A stretch of 64,000 bases of DNA, taken from assembly GCF_036971445.1 (NCBI RefSeq), contig NC_091473.1, forward strand, positions 185,008,001 to 185,072,000, given 5' to 3'. This DNA is from Narcine bancroftii. Taxonomy: Eukaryota. The notes beneath the pieces were generated by a model that saw nothing but the letters and a program-made list of their open reading frames with translations, ran no database searches and was not told the DNA's origin. The translations under genes were made by a program, and so were the position numbers. This document shows, piece by piece, positions 1 to 13,185 of this stretch; the first letter of the stretch is position 1, and every line of letters begins with the position of its first letter.

Positions 1-1173
1 TGTGTTTATTCCATCTGGTTCATTACTTCCAGGAGAGGAGGAATTAATAATTCTTTAAATGTTTTATTGAATTCTATTGCGAATCCATCCTCTCCAGGCG
101 TTTTGTTGTTCGGCAGGTATTTTAATATATCCTGTACTTTCTCTATTTCGAATGGTTTTCTCTGTTTGTCTTGTTTCTCTTCTTGCAATTTCGGCAGTTA
201 AATTTTTGATAAAAACTCCTCTACTCTATTATCTTTCCCCTCATTCTCAGTTTGTTATATTCATTCATAAAATTCATTAAATTTCTCATCAGTGTCTATT
301 AGGTTATATGTAATTTGTTTGTCCATTTTCGTTGAAGCCATTAGAGTTTTATTTTAATCTTGTTCTAAGCTGCCAAGCTAATATTTTATGAGATCTTTTT
401 CTCCTAGTTCATAATACTTTTGTTTATTTTCATTATGTTCTTCTCCACCTTATACATTTGTAATGTTTCGTACATTTTTTTGTCCCCAATTCTCTCCCTT
501 TTGTGACATCATCACTTTTTACCAGTTTCTTTTCTGTAGTTACTATCTCCCTTTTCAACTGCTCTATTTCCCAATTGTAGTCCTTTTTTTAAAATCTTAG
601 TTACGTACCTTATTATCTGCCTTCTTATGAAGGCTTTTATTGCGTCTCATAATATAAATTATTCTTTCACTGATTCCGTATTTATTTCAAAATATGTTTT
701 AATTCGTCATTCAATAAACTCTTTAAATTCCTGCCTTTTAAGTGGCATGGAGTTTAACCTCCATCTATATGTTCAAGGTGAGATTTCCTCCAGTTCTATT
801 GCTAATAACAGGGGTGAATGATCTAGCTTTATATTCAGCTTTCCTAATTCTTCCTTTAATATGGGCTGACAACAAAAACATAACGATCCTAGAGTATGTT
901 TTATGCCTTTTTAAATAAAATGAGTGTTCCTTCTCTCTTGCGTGCCGTCTCCTCCATATATCCATAAGTTTCATTTTCTGCATTGATTTAACCATACATC
1001 TGGCCGCTTTATTGTTTTTGCTAGTCTTTTGTCCAGTTTTACCCAACATTGGATCCAAATTAAGGTTAAAATCCCTTCCTAGGAATATATTTCCTTGTGT
1101 ATGAACAATCATCAAACACTACTTGCCTTAAATTTTGTTCCTCCTCATTAGGTGCATATATATTGAAAAATTC
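1..1173 (-). mobile_element. Decayed L1 (LINE-1 clade) ORF2 fragment: endonuclease and linker towards RT
   Basis: Minus-strand ORFs give NIYAPNEE, GRDFNLNLDP, YSRIVMFLLS (APE endonuclease) and NNKTPGEDGFAIEF; many stops and an internal deletion; homologous to 44280-45140. Confidence 0.9.
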
Positions 1174-1205
1174 CGTATTTATCGTAGCCAACACAAGGGT
1201 CTTAC

Positions 1206-1275
1206 CAGGGATTCCAACCGCGACAAGTACCGGGTAATAAATCCTTGCGATGTGGTAAATAGCTGGATAGTCCAT
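1206..1275 (-). pseudogene. GPCR copy A, coding exon 1 only (MDYPAIYHIARIYYPVLVAVGIP); intron broken after ~25 bp by L1 sequence
   Basis: 70-nt ATG-to-G|GTAAG exon homologous to exon 1 of copy E; no exon 2 within the window, so the dead status is inferred from the disrupted intron. Confidence 0.75.
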
Positions 1276-1846
1276 GATCCTTGTGAAGCAGCGATAGGCA
1301 GTACCGCTGAGGCGTTTAACCCACATTTATACAAGAGAAGCAAAGTCCACTGAGATCAGGAGTCCGTCACGCGAGAAACAACACGCTGAGCAAATAATTT
1401 GAGAGAGTTATTTTTAATCCGTGTGCCACCGTATAACTGATTTGGCCCGTCATGGGAGAACATGAATAGTAATTATGAATGCATCAATAATCATGTTTGT
1501 AAAATTCTTATAAGGGAATTATGAAAATATTTCTTGTGTGTCTGCGTTCAGCTCCACAAATAAGAAAGCTCGTTTGGTTCAAGATTTAAACAATCGAGTT
1601 TAACCTTTTGGATTCCCGCCATTTCTAACCTTTCATAATATCTACTCCGGACTGGGCCATTGGGAAAACGACAGCACGGTCACCAGTTCGAAGCAGCAGC
1701 TGCTTGGGTGTAGAACCAACCCAGAAAACGGGGACGCGGAGTTGATCAGCCAGTTGGTCATCACTGAAAACAGAAACATTTAGTCCAAAGGAATAAAAAA
1801 TATAATCCCAATGCATTTATGCAGGAAACAGGAGTGATAAACAAGG

Positions 1847-2305
1847 GCGGATGGGTTAGTGTAGCAGTTAGCGCCAGGACTCGATTTTATTGGGAAACTT
1901 TATTTATAATTTAAAATACATATAAAAACAAATAAGAAGACAAATTAAACAGAACTACCTTCTCCATCCCAACCCCCACACACAACAGACCCCACAAGGG
2001 GCACAAAAATCATCTATCAGTTAATCAATTACAAATGCTGTGTGATATTTCAAATTACTGTAAAAAGAATTTAAGATATTTTTAACCCCATAAATTCCAA
2101 ATAGCGTGATCAGAGCAATGACTTTATACAGCGCGAATGATCGGGACCAGGATTCGAAATCACGTTGTATGTAACTATTTCTACATTTACCCCATGTCTG
2201 TGTTGGTTTTTACTGGGTATTCCGGTTTCCTCCCACCGTTCGTAACATAGCGGGGGCATAGGTTAATTGGACAGCACGGACTCGTGGGCCGAAATGTCCG
2301 CTTAT
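1847..2305 (+). mobile_element. tRNA-derived V-SINE (HE1-like) split by a ~230-bp L1 3'-tail insertion; part of the duplicated unit
   Basis: A-box-like TAGTGTAGCAGTTAGC, B-box GGATTCGAAATC, V-domain TCCGGTTTCCTCCCAC; paralogous copies at ~9767-10210, 15624-16065, 40455-40890(-), 49190-49615(-). Confidence 0.75.
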
Positions 2306-2937
2306 CGGGGCAATGTGTTCCTGACGCTCTGCCCACAACGGTGGGAAATCGGATGTCTGCAACACAGGTCAATGTAACAATTCTGACCAATCCATTGGTT
2401 ACTCGGGTCACGGCTCCACACTCACGTCAATTGTCACTATGTCTCTCCCCATTCACGCTTCGTCATCTTTCCCTGACTTCTCATATATCTATTCACCTTT
2501 TGTATAAGAAATACCAGCTCTGAGTTCTTTTCACGGTGACTCCCCGTCTGCTTCAGATGCTTTCGGTGACGGTTCCTCGCCGCTGCCCACACATTTTGAC
2601 CTGCTTCCATCCACGAATCCTCGAGGAGCTGCTGCGAGGGATATTTTGAACTCTGCGGACGGGGGCTGTCCACCCCGCTCTTCACCGTATCTGCAGGTGC
2701 CTTTGACTGGCCGCCTACCGTAATAGCCCCCGCCCAAACTGGGGAAACTCCGATGCTCATTTAGAATACTGAGCATTTTATCTCCTGTCCCGCCAAGGCC
2801 TATGTAAGGAGTTTCCTTGGTGAAATATTGACGCACCAAATTTGGGGAATTGACTCAATTTTGCTGACTGCAGTTTGTCTCCACTTTCCTTCCGTTCCCC
2901 ATCCCAAACAAGGCCAAATAAATGCTGGAGGAAGGGT

Positions 2938-3120
2938 NNNNNNNNNNNNNNNNNNNNNNNNNNNNNNNNNNNNNNNNNNNNNNNNNNNNNNNNNNNNNNN
3001 NNNNNNNNNNNNNNNNNNNNNNNNNNNNNNNNNNNNNNNNNNNNNNNNNNNNNNNNNNNNNNNNNNNNNNNNNNNNNNNNNNNNNNNNNNNNNNNNNNNN
3101 NNNNNNNNNNNNNNNNNNNN
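2938..3120. other. N-run (gap or masked sequence), 183 nt
   Basis: Run of n. Confidence 0.99.
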
Positions 3121-3544
3121 CTGCTATGGACGCTGAGAGAATGGCCGTGTTCCTCCAGCAACTCTATGTGTTTTCACTACAGTCACCTAGCTGACCTATT
3201 TCCCTCTTATTGGCTTCCTTGTCACTGTTTGTAATGCTGCAGACAACCGTGTCGCCGTCGGCAAATTTTCAGGGTCCGTTTTAAAATTTAGGCAGACTTT
3301 GGACAGGTACATGCATGGGTGGGTATGGAAGGCTATGAGCTGGGTGCAGTTCAGTGGGTCTCGGCAGAATAATAGTTCATAACAGACTAGAAGGGCAGAA
3401 GGGCCTGTTTCTGTGCTGTAATGGTATGATTCCTTGCCTACACATATGATCCGAATATCAAAAATGCAATGATTTGGTGCATATATATAATCAATGTATG
3501 TATATTGTAACAGAGTTCTGTGTTGTGTATTGGCAATATGGGAT

Positions 3545-6500
3545 GGTTAAACCGTTGAAGAATACAATGAGGCCGATTGGCACTAAAGTTGTGGTGACAC
3601 TGATGAAGATCGTGTATATTCTTCATAAGGATGAGGTCTAATATTTAGCTTTAGGAACGCAGCGCCATGGCAAGTGGTCAATGAGGACCAAAGGTTTTAT
3701 TGCGAAGACGTAGGGAATATACCTCACACAGCTCCATATTGTCACAATTTTCTTCACAACCATAGCCTTTCGGTCGGTGCAATACCTTTCCCACAGCCTC
3801 ACACTACACATTGCGACATAGCGATCGATCGTGAATGCCACTATCAGCCTGACGGAACTAACCGAAGGACAAGGGTCAGCGAGCTGATTGGAGTGAAGAG
3901 CAAATTCGGAGCATAAATGTAGATGTTATGCACCGTGACAGACCACAATTCCTCCGCCACTTGATCACAATCGCAATTAAATTAATTGTAAAGACAGAAA
4001 AAAGTCAGTTCAACCGCGCCAATCCGTATCCTTTTCAGGTTATATTTGTGCCCGAAAACGTTGTCATTTATCCGACCCTATGTTGGAAAAGGATGGCTGA
4101 GGATCAGAGAGTGGGAACGGAGCGGGTCCGGTCTCTTTCTCTCTCACTCATTCTTTCCCTCTGCCTCCCCCCACTTTCCCCCCCGACCCCAGATCGACGA
4201 AAGCAGCGGACCGGAGTGTGATCGGAGAGTGGTTTAGATTGGTGACTCTGAACACCTGGTCGGTGAAGGGACGATCTGCGCAGTCACCGAGACGAGATCA
4301 GTGACTTTTTAAAATAGTTTTCTTTTATTTTTCCCACTATGAACCATATCAAACAAAATATATACATTAAATATACACAGTGGCATTTTCTACCTTCGCC
4401 CCATACCTTCCAACTCCCTCCAAATCCAATAAATAATCAACATATACAATACAATAAAGCCATTAAACAATGTTATCCCACAATGAAAAATAAACACGAA
4501 AAATGTAGTTGTATTGGTTTCCATTTTAAGTAAAAGTTTTAGAAGTGATGAAATATGTAAATGGTCGGCACACCGTACAACAACCGGTTATAACATGATA
4601 TTATTGTGTTTTTCTTTAATAATGCACCGAGGTGTGGGGATGGTTGTAGAGGGTGGGATAGGTCAGTGGGGGAGGGAAGGAGGGTAGTAGAATTTTATAA
4701 AACATTTAAATAAAATGATAATTAAAAAGACGCGATTTAGGACGTTAGTCTTTCCCTCTGCCTCCGCCCACTTTCCCCCCTGACCCCAGATTTTTCTTTT
4801 ATTTTTCCCACTATGAACCATATCAAGCAAAATATATACATTAAATATACACAGTGGGATTTTCTACCTTCGCCCCATACCTTCCAACGCCCTCCAAAAC
4901 CAATAAATAATCAACATATACAATACAATAAAGCCATTAAACAATGTTATCCCACAATGAAAAATAAACACGAAAAATGTGTCATCTACTTTTCCACACT
5001 GGATCAAGTCGTTTTGTCTTCTTATCATTTTCGGGCGTGGAGGTCCGAGGCAAACCCTCTCTGCTATATTCCATGCATGGTTCACAAATATGTTCAAATA
5101 ATGAGACTTTATTTTTTAAATTATATTTTATTTTTTCCAATGGAATACATTTAAGTATTTCCCTGTACCATTGCTGTATTGTAAGGCCCTATTCCTTTTT
5201 CCAATTTAACATTATACATTTTTTTTTGCTTCTGCAAAGGCTATCATAAAAATATTTTTTCCGTTTTATTCCAGTTGAGGCCTAATTCCTTAATTCTTAT
5301 CAAGCTTAGAAGAAAGATCTCTGGATTTTTGGTATGTGAGTTTTCGTGATTTTATTTAATATCCGATTTAGATCTTCCCAAAACATTTGCACGTTCTCAC
5401 ATGCCAAAATTGCATGTACTGTTCTTCCCATTTCCTTACAGCGAAGAAATCTATCTGATAATGTTGGAATCCATTTTCTTAAATTTTGGGGCGTGCTATA
5501 TAACCTGTGTAACGAATTATACTGTATCATGCGTAACCTTGTGTTTATTATATTCTTCATCGTTCTAGAATATAACTTCTCCCATGTTTCATTTTTTATC
5601 TTTATGTTGAAATCCTTTTCCCAGTTTTGTTTGGGTTTATAGCTTATTTCATCGTTTTTCTTATATTGCTGCTTAATATACATGTTCGTTATAAATCTTT
5701 TAATTCTCATTGTGTCTGAAATCACATATTAAAAGCTGCTTTGTTCTGGTAATCTGAGTCTGTTGCCCAATTTAATCATTTAAATAATCTTTGAACTGAT
5801 GATATGCAAAAATTTTACCATCAGTTATTTCATATTTGTACGTCAACTGTATAAATGTTGATAAATTATTTCCCAAAAAAACAATTTTATATTATTTTGA
5901 TTCCATTTCTCTCGCATTCTCTAAAAGAAAGTTTATCTATAGTAAAATGGATTAGCGGATTTTGCATCAATATTAATTTTGATAATTGGTAATTTGTTTT
6001 TATTTTTTTCCTTTCTAAGTGGATCTTCTTCCATATATTGAATAAATGATGCAATACCGGTGAGCATTTATATTGTACCAGCTTTTCATCCCAGTTATAA
6101 ATTATTTTCGGCTACCTTCTCCCTCTTTTATCTAGTTCTATATTACTTCAGTCTGGTGTTTCCCTTGTCTGGTATAAATCTGATAAATACCTTAATTGTG
6201 CTGCTCTATAATAATTTTTAAAGTTTGGTAACTGCAAACCATCTTAGTTGTACCTCTCTGTTCATTTATCAAATGTTGTCCTCGGTTTCCCCCTTTCCAC
6301 AGGAATGTCCTTATTATTCTCTTTAGTTAAGTAAAGAATTTCTGTGTTAAGGAAATTGGTAACGATTCAAATAACTATTTTATCCTTGGGAAGAGATTCA
6401 TTTTAATTCAATTTACCCACTCTATCAACGTTAGCGGTAATTCATTACAATATTCTATGTCTTTATGCAATTTACTTATTAGTGCCTGATAATTTAATTT

Positions 6501-9197
6501 GTACAGGTGGCTTGTTATTATCTAACCTTGTACCTCGGTATCAGATTGTTTTTGTTTGCCAATTCATGGTGATTCTTTTTTTAAATTCTGTATAATCCAG
6601 AATTGGCATCACTTCCCTTTTATTTTCGTTGATCTTTATCCCCGATATTTCTCCATACTCGTTCAATTTCTTACGTACTTCTTTTATTAATATTTCTGGT
6701 TCTATTATTTATACTATGATGTCATCTGCAAATAAACTGATTTTATATTCCTTCTCCTTTATTTTTATCCCTCTTCTTTTATTTTCTGTTCTTATCAGTT
6801 CTGCCAGTTGCTGAAGTGAACTGTGAGTGGGATAATTGACATTCCTGTCTAGTTGACCTACTTAATTTAATTGGTTTGATACATATCCATTAACTGTTAA
6901 TTTCACCATTCTTCCATTATATAATGCTTTAATCAAATAATACATTGTTCTGGTTGATTGAACCTCTGTAATACTTTAAATCAATAATTACAATCTACTC
7001 TCTCAAAGGCATTCTCTCCGTCTAATGCAACAGCCACTGTTGGTTTCTTGTGTCCTTGAACTGCATGAATTAGATTAATAAATTTACAGACATTAATCGC
7101 TGTTCGTCTTTTCTTCATAAATCCAGTTTGAGCTTGTTTGGTACACAATGTGCCAATCTGTTTGCTAATAATTTCACTATTATCTTATAATCTGAATTAA
7201 GTAGAGATATTGGTCTATATGACGCTGGTGTTAGTGGATCCTTTCCTTCTTTGGTATTACTGTAATTATTGCTGTCTAACATGAATCTGGCAAGTTTTGT
7301 GTTTCTTCTATCTGGTTCATTATTTCCAGGAGAAGAAGAATTAATAACTCTTTAAATGTTTGATAGAATGCTATTGTGAATCCATCCTCTCCAGGCGTAT
7401 TTTTTGTTCAGCAGATTTTTAAAATATCTTCTGTACTTCCTCTATTTCAAATGGTTTTATCAGATTGTTTTGTTCCTCTTCTTGCAATTTCAGCAGTTCA
7501 ATTTTAGCTAAAAACTCTTCTATTTTCTAATTTTTCCCATCGTTCCCAGTTTGTTATAATTGTTCATAGAAGTCCTTAAACATCATTAATCTCTATTAGG
7601 TTATATGTAATTTGTTTGTCATTTTTCCTTGGTGCCAATACATTTCTTTTAGTTAGTTCAATTTAAAGTTGCCAGGCTAATATTTTATGTTTTCGTTCTC
7701 CCAGTTCGTAATACCTTTGCTTTATTTTCATTATCTTCTTCTCCACCTTATTCATTTGTAATGTTTTGTACTTTATTGTATTGCGCACCAATTCTTTCCC
7801 TTTCCTTATATCATCCCTTTTTACTAGTTCTTTTCTGTAGTTACTATCTCACTTTCCAAATGCTCTATTTCCCGATTGAAGTCCTTTTGCAGCTGAGTAA
7901 TATAACGTATTATCTGCCCTCTAATGAAGACTTTCATTGCGTCCCATAATATAAATTTGTCTTTCACTGATTCCGTATTTATTTCAAAATATGTTTTAAT
8001 TTGGCGTTCAATAATCTCTCTAAATTCTTGTCTTTTAATTAGCATGGAGTTTAACCTCCACCTATATGTTCTTGGTGGGATGATCTCCAGTTCTGTTGCT
8101 AATAAAAGGGGTGAATGATCAGATAGTAATCTAGCTTTGTATTCAGTTTTCCGAACTCTCCCTTGAATGTGGGTCGACAACAAAAACATATCAATCCGAG
8201 AGTATCTTTAACGTCTACATGAATTTTTTGTCTCTTCCTAACTTTTTTCTTTTGTGAAGAGGGCTGTTTTTTCCTTACCGGCCACTACTCCATCACGTGA
8301 ATCCACGACTAGATAAGTGGCTTAAACGGAAAGTGTTGGGGAAGCATGAATCGTTAGACTAAAATGCGATCTGACAGCGTCTGTTTCTTTGGGAATAACG
8401 TATTCGCCAAATGGAAATAAAAATACACGGAACTACATACAGGTCGAAAAATGAGTTTGGAGGTGAGAACTCAGGTTCTTCTTCGAATTTCAGGGGCGAT
8501 TATGTGGATTATTTTAAAAATTTAGACATACTTACTTTAACACCCCATTTTTCCCTCCAGTCTGTGCCGCCCACCTTACAGGCAATTAACCTGCATCTCC
8601 GGTCCGTTTTGAACAGTTGAAAGAAACCGGAGCCCCAAGGAAAAACCCGCTCGGACACGGGGAGAACGTACAGGCAACGCGGGATTCGAATCCACGTTCC
8701 CTGATTGCTGGCACTAGAAAGGCGGTGCTCGGACCGGGCCGCCCAACATCGCTCTGTTGGGCGGAAATTGGGCAGTGAAGATTGTCTTGGTTGTGAATAT
8801 TTCATCGCATCGAGAGGCCCCGAGAAGATTTAAAAAAATTGTTAATAATGCGATGGAAACTGCATCAACGTAAATGCGGGAATAATGTTAATATGGACAC
8901 CGATTTTACGGATGGGATTGTAAAAATGAACAGGACACAAACAGATTAAAATGCAGTCTAAATTAAGAAAAATTAAACAATGCACAAAAGTGCAGAAGAA
9001 ATTCAACCATCGGGGAATAATATCTCAACCCGAAAGGCAGCATCTGTGCGGGTTGTCCAGGCTAGATGTGGTCAAGGACAAGAGCAACTTAGAACCGAGA
9101 CCCTCGTTGCCAATACCAGTGTTTGACCAGGGATTCCAACGGCGATCACTACCGGATAGTAAATCCTGGCGATGTGGTAAATGGCTGGATAGTCCAC
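3545..9197 (-). pseudogene. GPCR copy B pseudogene (exon 1 9128..9197; deleted exon 2 remnant ~3545..3985)
   Basis: Start ATG->GTG, acceptor AG->AA near 3986, remnant FTIDRYVAMC...PLVLIDHLPWRC followed by a stop and deletions; 4-kb L1 in the intron. Confidence 0.9.
4307..8310 (-). mobile_element. L1 element with both termini but ORF1 and part of EN deleted; decayed RT and C-terminal domain
   Basis: LLSDHSPLLL, FADDIIV, RPISLLNSDYK, C-terminal R.LRCK...HAILAC; ~12-bp TSD AGATCAGTGACT (4295-4306) / AGATAAGTGGCT (8311-8322); A-rich tail at ~4307-4332. Confidence 0.9.
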
Positions 9198-10910
9198 GAA
9201 TCTGGTGAAGTAGCGATCGGCGGTACCGCTGAGGCGTTTAACCCACTCATATACAAGAGAAGCAAAGTCCGCTGAGAGCATGAGTCCGTCACGCCAGAAA
9301 CAACCCACTGAGCAAACAATTTGACAGAGTTATTTTTAATCCGAGTGCTACCGTGTATCTGATTTGGCCCGTCAGGGGAGAGCATGAATAGTAATTATGA
9401 ATGTATCAATAGTCATGTTCCTAAAATTCTTCGAAGAAAATTATGAAAATGTTGCTTGTGTGGCTGCGTTCAGCGGCACAAATAAGAAAGCTGGTTCAGT
9501 TCAAGATTTCGAAAATCGGGGTTAACCCTTTGGATATCGGCCATTTCTAACCTTTCATAATATCTACTCCTGACTGGGCCCCTGGGTAAACGACAGTACG
9601 AATATCAGTTAGAAGCAGCTGCTGCTTGGGTGATAAGAAGTCCCGGAAAATGGGAACGCGGAGTAGATGAGCTTGTTGGTCGTCACTGAAAACAGAAACA
9701 TTGATTTCAAAGGGATAAAAAAATTAACTCAGAACCATTCATGAAGGAAACAGGAGTGATAAACAAGGGCGGCTTGACTGGTGCAGCACTAAGCGCCACG
9801 ACTTAAATTTCTTGGAAATTTTATTTATAATTTTAAATACATATAAAAAAAAACAAGACAAACTAAAATAAACAGAACTATCCTCCCCCTCCCAACCTCC
9901 ACCCACGATACCCCACAAGCGGAGCACAAAAAACATATATCAGTTAATTACTTACATACGCTGTGTGATGTTTCAAATAACAATTAAAAATATTAGCATA
10001 TTTCCAATCTCATAAATTATAAAAAGGGTGACCAGAGGAACGACTTTATACAGCGCGAATGATTGGGACTAGGATTTGAATCTTGCACTGCCTGTAAGCA
10101 TTCGTATGTTCTCGCCTTGTCTGCATGGGTTTACTCCTGGGGCTCCGGGTTCCTCGCACCGTTGGCAACATAGCGTTGTCGGCACGGACTCTTGGGTCGA
10201 AATGGCCGGTTACCAAGGCAATGTGTTACTGACGCTGTACCCTTGTTGGCGGGAAATTCTATGTCTCGAACAAAGCGCCCTGTTACAATTCTGACTAATC
10301 TGTTGGTTACACGGATCATGGCTCCAGAGTCACGACAGTTCTCAATGAGTTTCATGCACCACGCCTCGTCCTGTTGCCCCTAATTGAAATATATCTATTC
10401 ACCTGTTATAAAAGAAATCCCACCTCTTGTTTAGTTCACAGTGTCTCCCCGTCTGCTTCAGATGCTTTTAGGGTCTCGCAGCTGCTCCCATACTTTTACT
10501 TGCTTCCATCGACGAATCCTCGAGGAGCTGCTGCTAGGGACATTTTAAACTCTGCGCTGTCCACCCCGCTCTTCACCGTATCTGCAGGTTCCATTGACTG
10601 GCCGCCTACTGTTTCGACCCAATTCAAAACTGGGGTAACCCCGATGATTCTTTCGAATACTGAGCACTTTTTCTCCTGTCCCCCAAATCCCTTTGTCAGG
10701 AGTTTCCTTGGTGAAATTGGCCCGCACCCAATTTGGGGAATTTGCTCAATACTTGCTCAATGCAAGTTGCCTCAACTTTCGTTCCGTTATCCATCCCAAA
10801 AGAAGGCCAAATAATGTGGAAGGTTTCATTAATGTGTTCCAAACTTCATGAAAGCACAAGCACAAACGAAATAGGAGCATGAGTGGGACCTGGCTTATCG
10901 AGCCTGCACT

Positions 10911-11030
10911 AAAACACATAAATGCAGGAGGAAGGGCTCAGGAAACATCGGAAATATATATCTTTGAACCTACTATGGAGCTTGCGAGACTGGCCGTGTT
11001 CCTCCAGCATCTCTGTGTGTTTTCACTACA
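10911..11030. repeat. Short palindromic interspersed element (possible Penelope-associated relic), one per repeat unit
   Basis: Inverted repeat AAAACACATAAATGCAGGAGGAA ... TTCCTCCAGCATCTCTGTGTGTTTT; copies at ~21225-21340, 39650-39770, 48360-48480, 53740-53850. Confidence 0.5.
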
Positions 11031-11349
11031 GTCAACCAGCTGATCTATTTCCCTCTTATTGTTTTCCTCGTTGCTGTTTGAGATTCTGCAGACAACCGTG
11101 GCGTCGTCAGAAAATTGGTACCATTTGAATTGCGCCTGGACATAATGACATGGGTGTAGAACGAGTGGAGCAGTGGGCTCTGCACGGTAGGTGTAGCAAA
11201 CACAGCGAAACGTGAGAGAGCAGGCGACTATTCCCTAAACCCTTGTTAAAGACACGATTTAGTATATTAGTCTGTTGAAATCAGGGCTTGACAGCAGTTT
11301 CTCACTTTCCGCTTTGGATTGTCCAGCTGCACAATCTATTGGATACTGA

Positions 11350-11600
11350 CCAGAGGACACCGGTGAAAGGATGAAGGGAGAAACATGAGGGGGAACTTCT
11401 TCACACAAATTGTGGAAGGAGTGTGGAAAGAGCTGCCAGTTGTAGTGAGAAATGCTGCGTCCATTCTACCTTTTATGCCTTTTCGGTACATGAATGGGAG
11501 GCCTATAGAGAGCTATGTACTGGGTGCGGGTCAGCGGGACTAGGCAGAATAATAGTTCAGCACAGACTAGAAGGGCTGAAGAGCATGTTACTATGGTTAT
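11350..11600 (+). mobile_element. CR1 LINE 3' fragment
   Basis: Encodes remnant GNFFTQIVEGVWKELP, followed by the typical GGGACTAGGCAGAATAATAGTTC..CACAGACTAGAAGGGC tail; copies at ~3275-3425, 16980-17240, 22970-23228, 53200-53420(-). Confidence 0.8.
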
Positions 11601-13185
11601 TTGAACACACATGTTTCGAACATCAACAATACAATAATTTGGTGCATATATCTCTATTTATGAATATGTATACAAACACACAAACACAAACACATTAATT
11701 ATCTGTGACCTCAATTGTCAAAGTCGTCCTTGTTCAACAATCCAGTGACTACTAGCGGCGTAGTTCCCATTGCCAATCACGACTTACTGAAAGAGGGAGG
11801 GGGAAATGGTGGGACAGAAACAAATTAAACATACATACACATCACAGGAACTTCGTTTATGCACAAGAGTTGCAAACTTAATTCCAGTAATCTTGAAATA
11901 GTCATCTCCGAGTCACACGTGGCGACATCGATTTATATCCCTTCCCAATCTGCAGATCATTTGGAAGATTTATTTGAACACGAATCGGAAGATTCACGTA
12001 CTACGCCATCATGTTAATGTAAAGAGCTATTTCCACAAAATTTTCAGCTCCTTCCTGAGTCTCCTCTGGGATAAGTTGTAGATACACGTGTTGGTGAAGG
12101 TACTGAGATATTCAAACATTAATGCACATTTCTGCAGAATATATGTCGGGTTATTTAGATATCTGTCCGTGTAAATATAATTTTGAGTTTGTCATTTTGA
12201 TTGAAACACGCCATAGGGGATCCACAAAAAAATAAAATTGGCGGAGAGAGAAAACAACAAATCCATTGACTTTCTGCGGTTTTACTCCTCCGGATCTGTC
12301 TACTTCACAATGTTTCTCCAGAGACTCCTACGTATTTTATTTGCCGCAATGACATGACGGACGGTTAAAACGTTGAACAATACAATGAGGCCTATTGGCA
12401 ATAACGGTGCAGTGACGCAAAGGAAGACGGCATATATTCTCCAGAAAGATAAGGTTGAATATTCAGCTTTGGCCACGCAGCGCCATGGCAAGTGGTCAAT
12501 GAGGACCAAAGGTTTAATTACGAAGGCGAATGGAACGCACCTCACTCAGGTCTAAATTGTAACAATTACCATCACAACCGTGGCTTTTCGATCGGTGCAA
12601 TACCGTTCCCGCAGGCTAACACAACAAATTGCTATGTAACGATCGAACGTGAAAGCCACCGTCAACCAAACAGAACAGTCCATGGCTCCAAACCACAGGA
12701 GAAAGGTCAGAGTGCAGATTGAAGTGAAGAGCAAATGCGGAGAATAAATTTAAATGTTATTAATCTGCTCCAGCAACATACCGAAGACCACACACTTTAA
12801 ATCAGCCATCGCCATTGATTCACCTTGAGGTACCATAATTCCTCCGCCACAGAATCATAATTGCAATTAAATTAACTGTAAAGACACAAAAAACTAAGTT
12901 CAACCGCGCCAACCCGGATTCTTTTCACTTGATATTTGTGCCCGAAAACGATGTAATTTTTCCGTTCCTCTCTCGGACTAGGGTGGCTGTGGATCATAGA
13001 GTGGGAAGGCAGCAGACCCGGGCTATCTCTCGATCGCGCGCTCTCTCTCTCTGTCTCTCTCACTATCCCCCTTTCCCCCAACCCCAGGTGGATGACAACA
13101 GCGGACTGGATGCGATCTGAGAGCTGTTTAGATCGGGCACTCTGGACTCCAGGTCGGTGAAAGGCCGATCACATCAGATACCGAG

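Noticed and set aside
2778-3234. ORFs spanning N-runs (also 17101-17612 and 23148-23573)
   Set aside because: Open only because unknown bases contain no stops
9198-9308. N-terminal extension of the GPCR suggested by the open frame upstream of copy B exon 1
   Set aside because: Copies A, C, D, E and G have an in-frame stop ~50 nt upstream of the ATG; only a pseudogene copy is open
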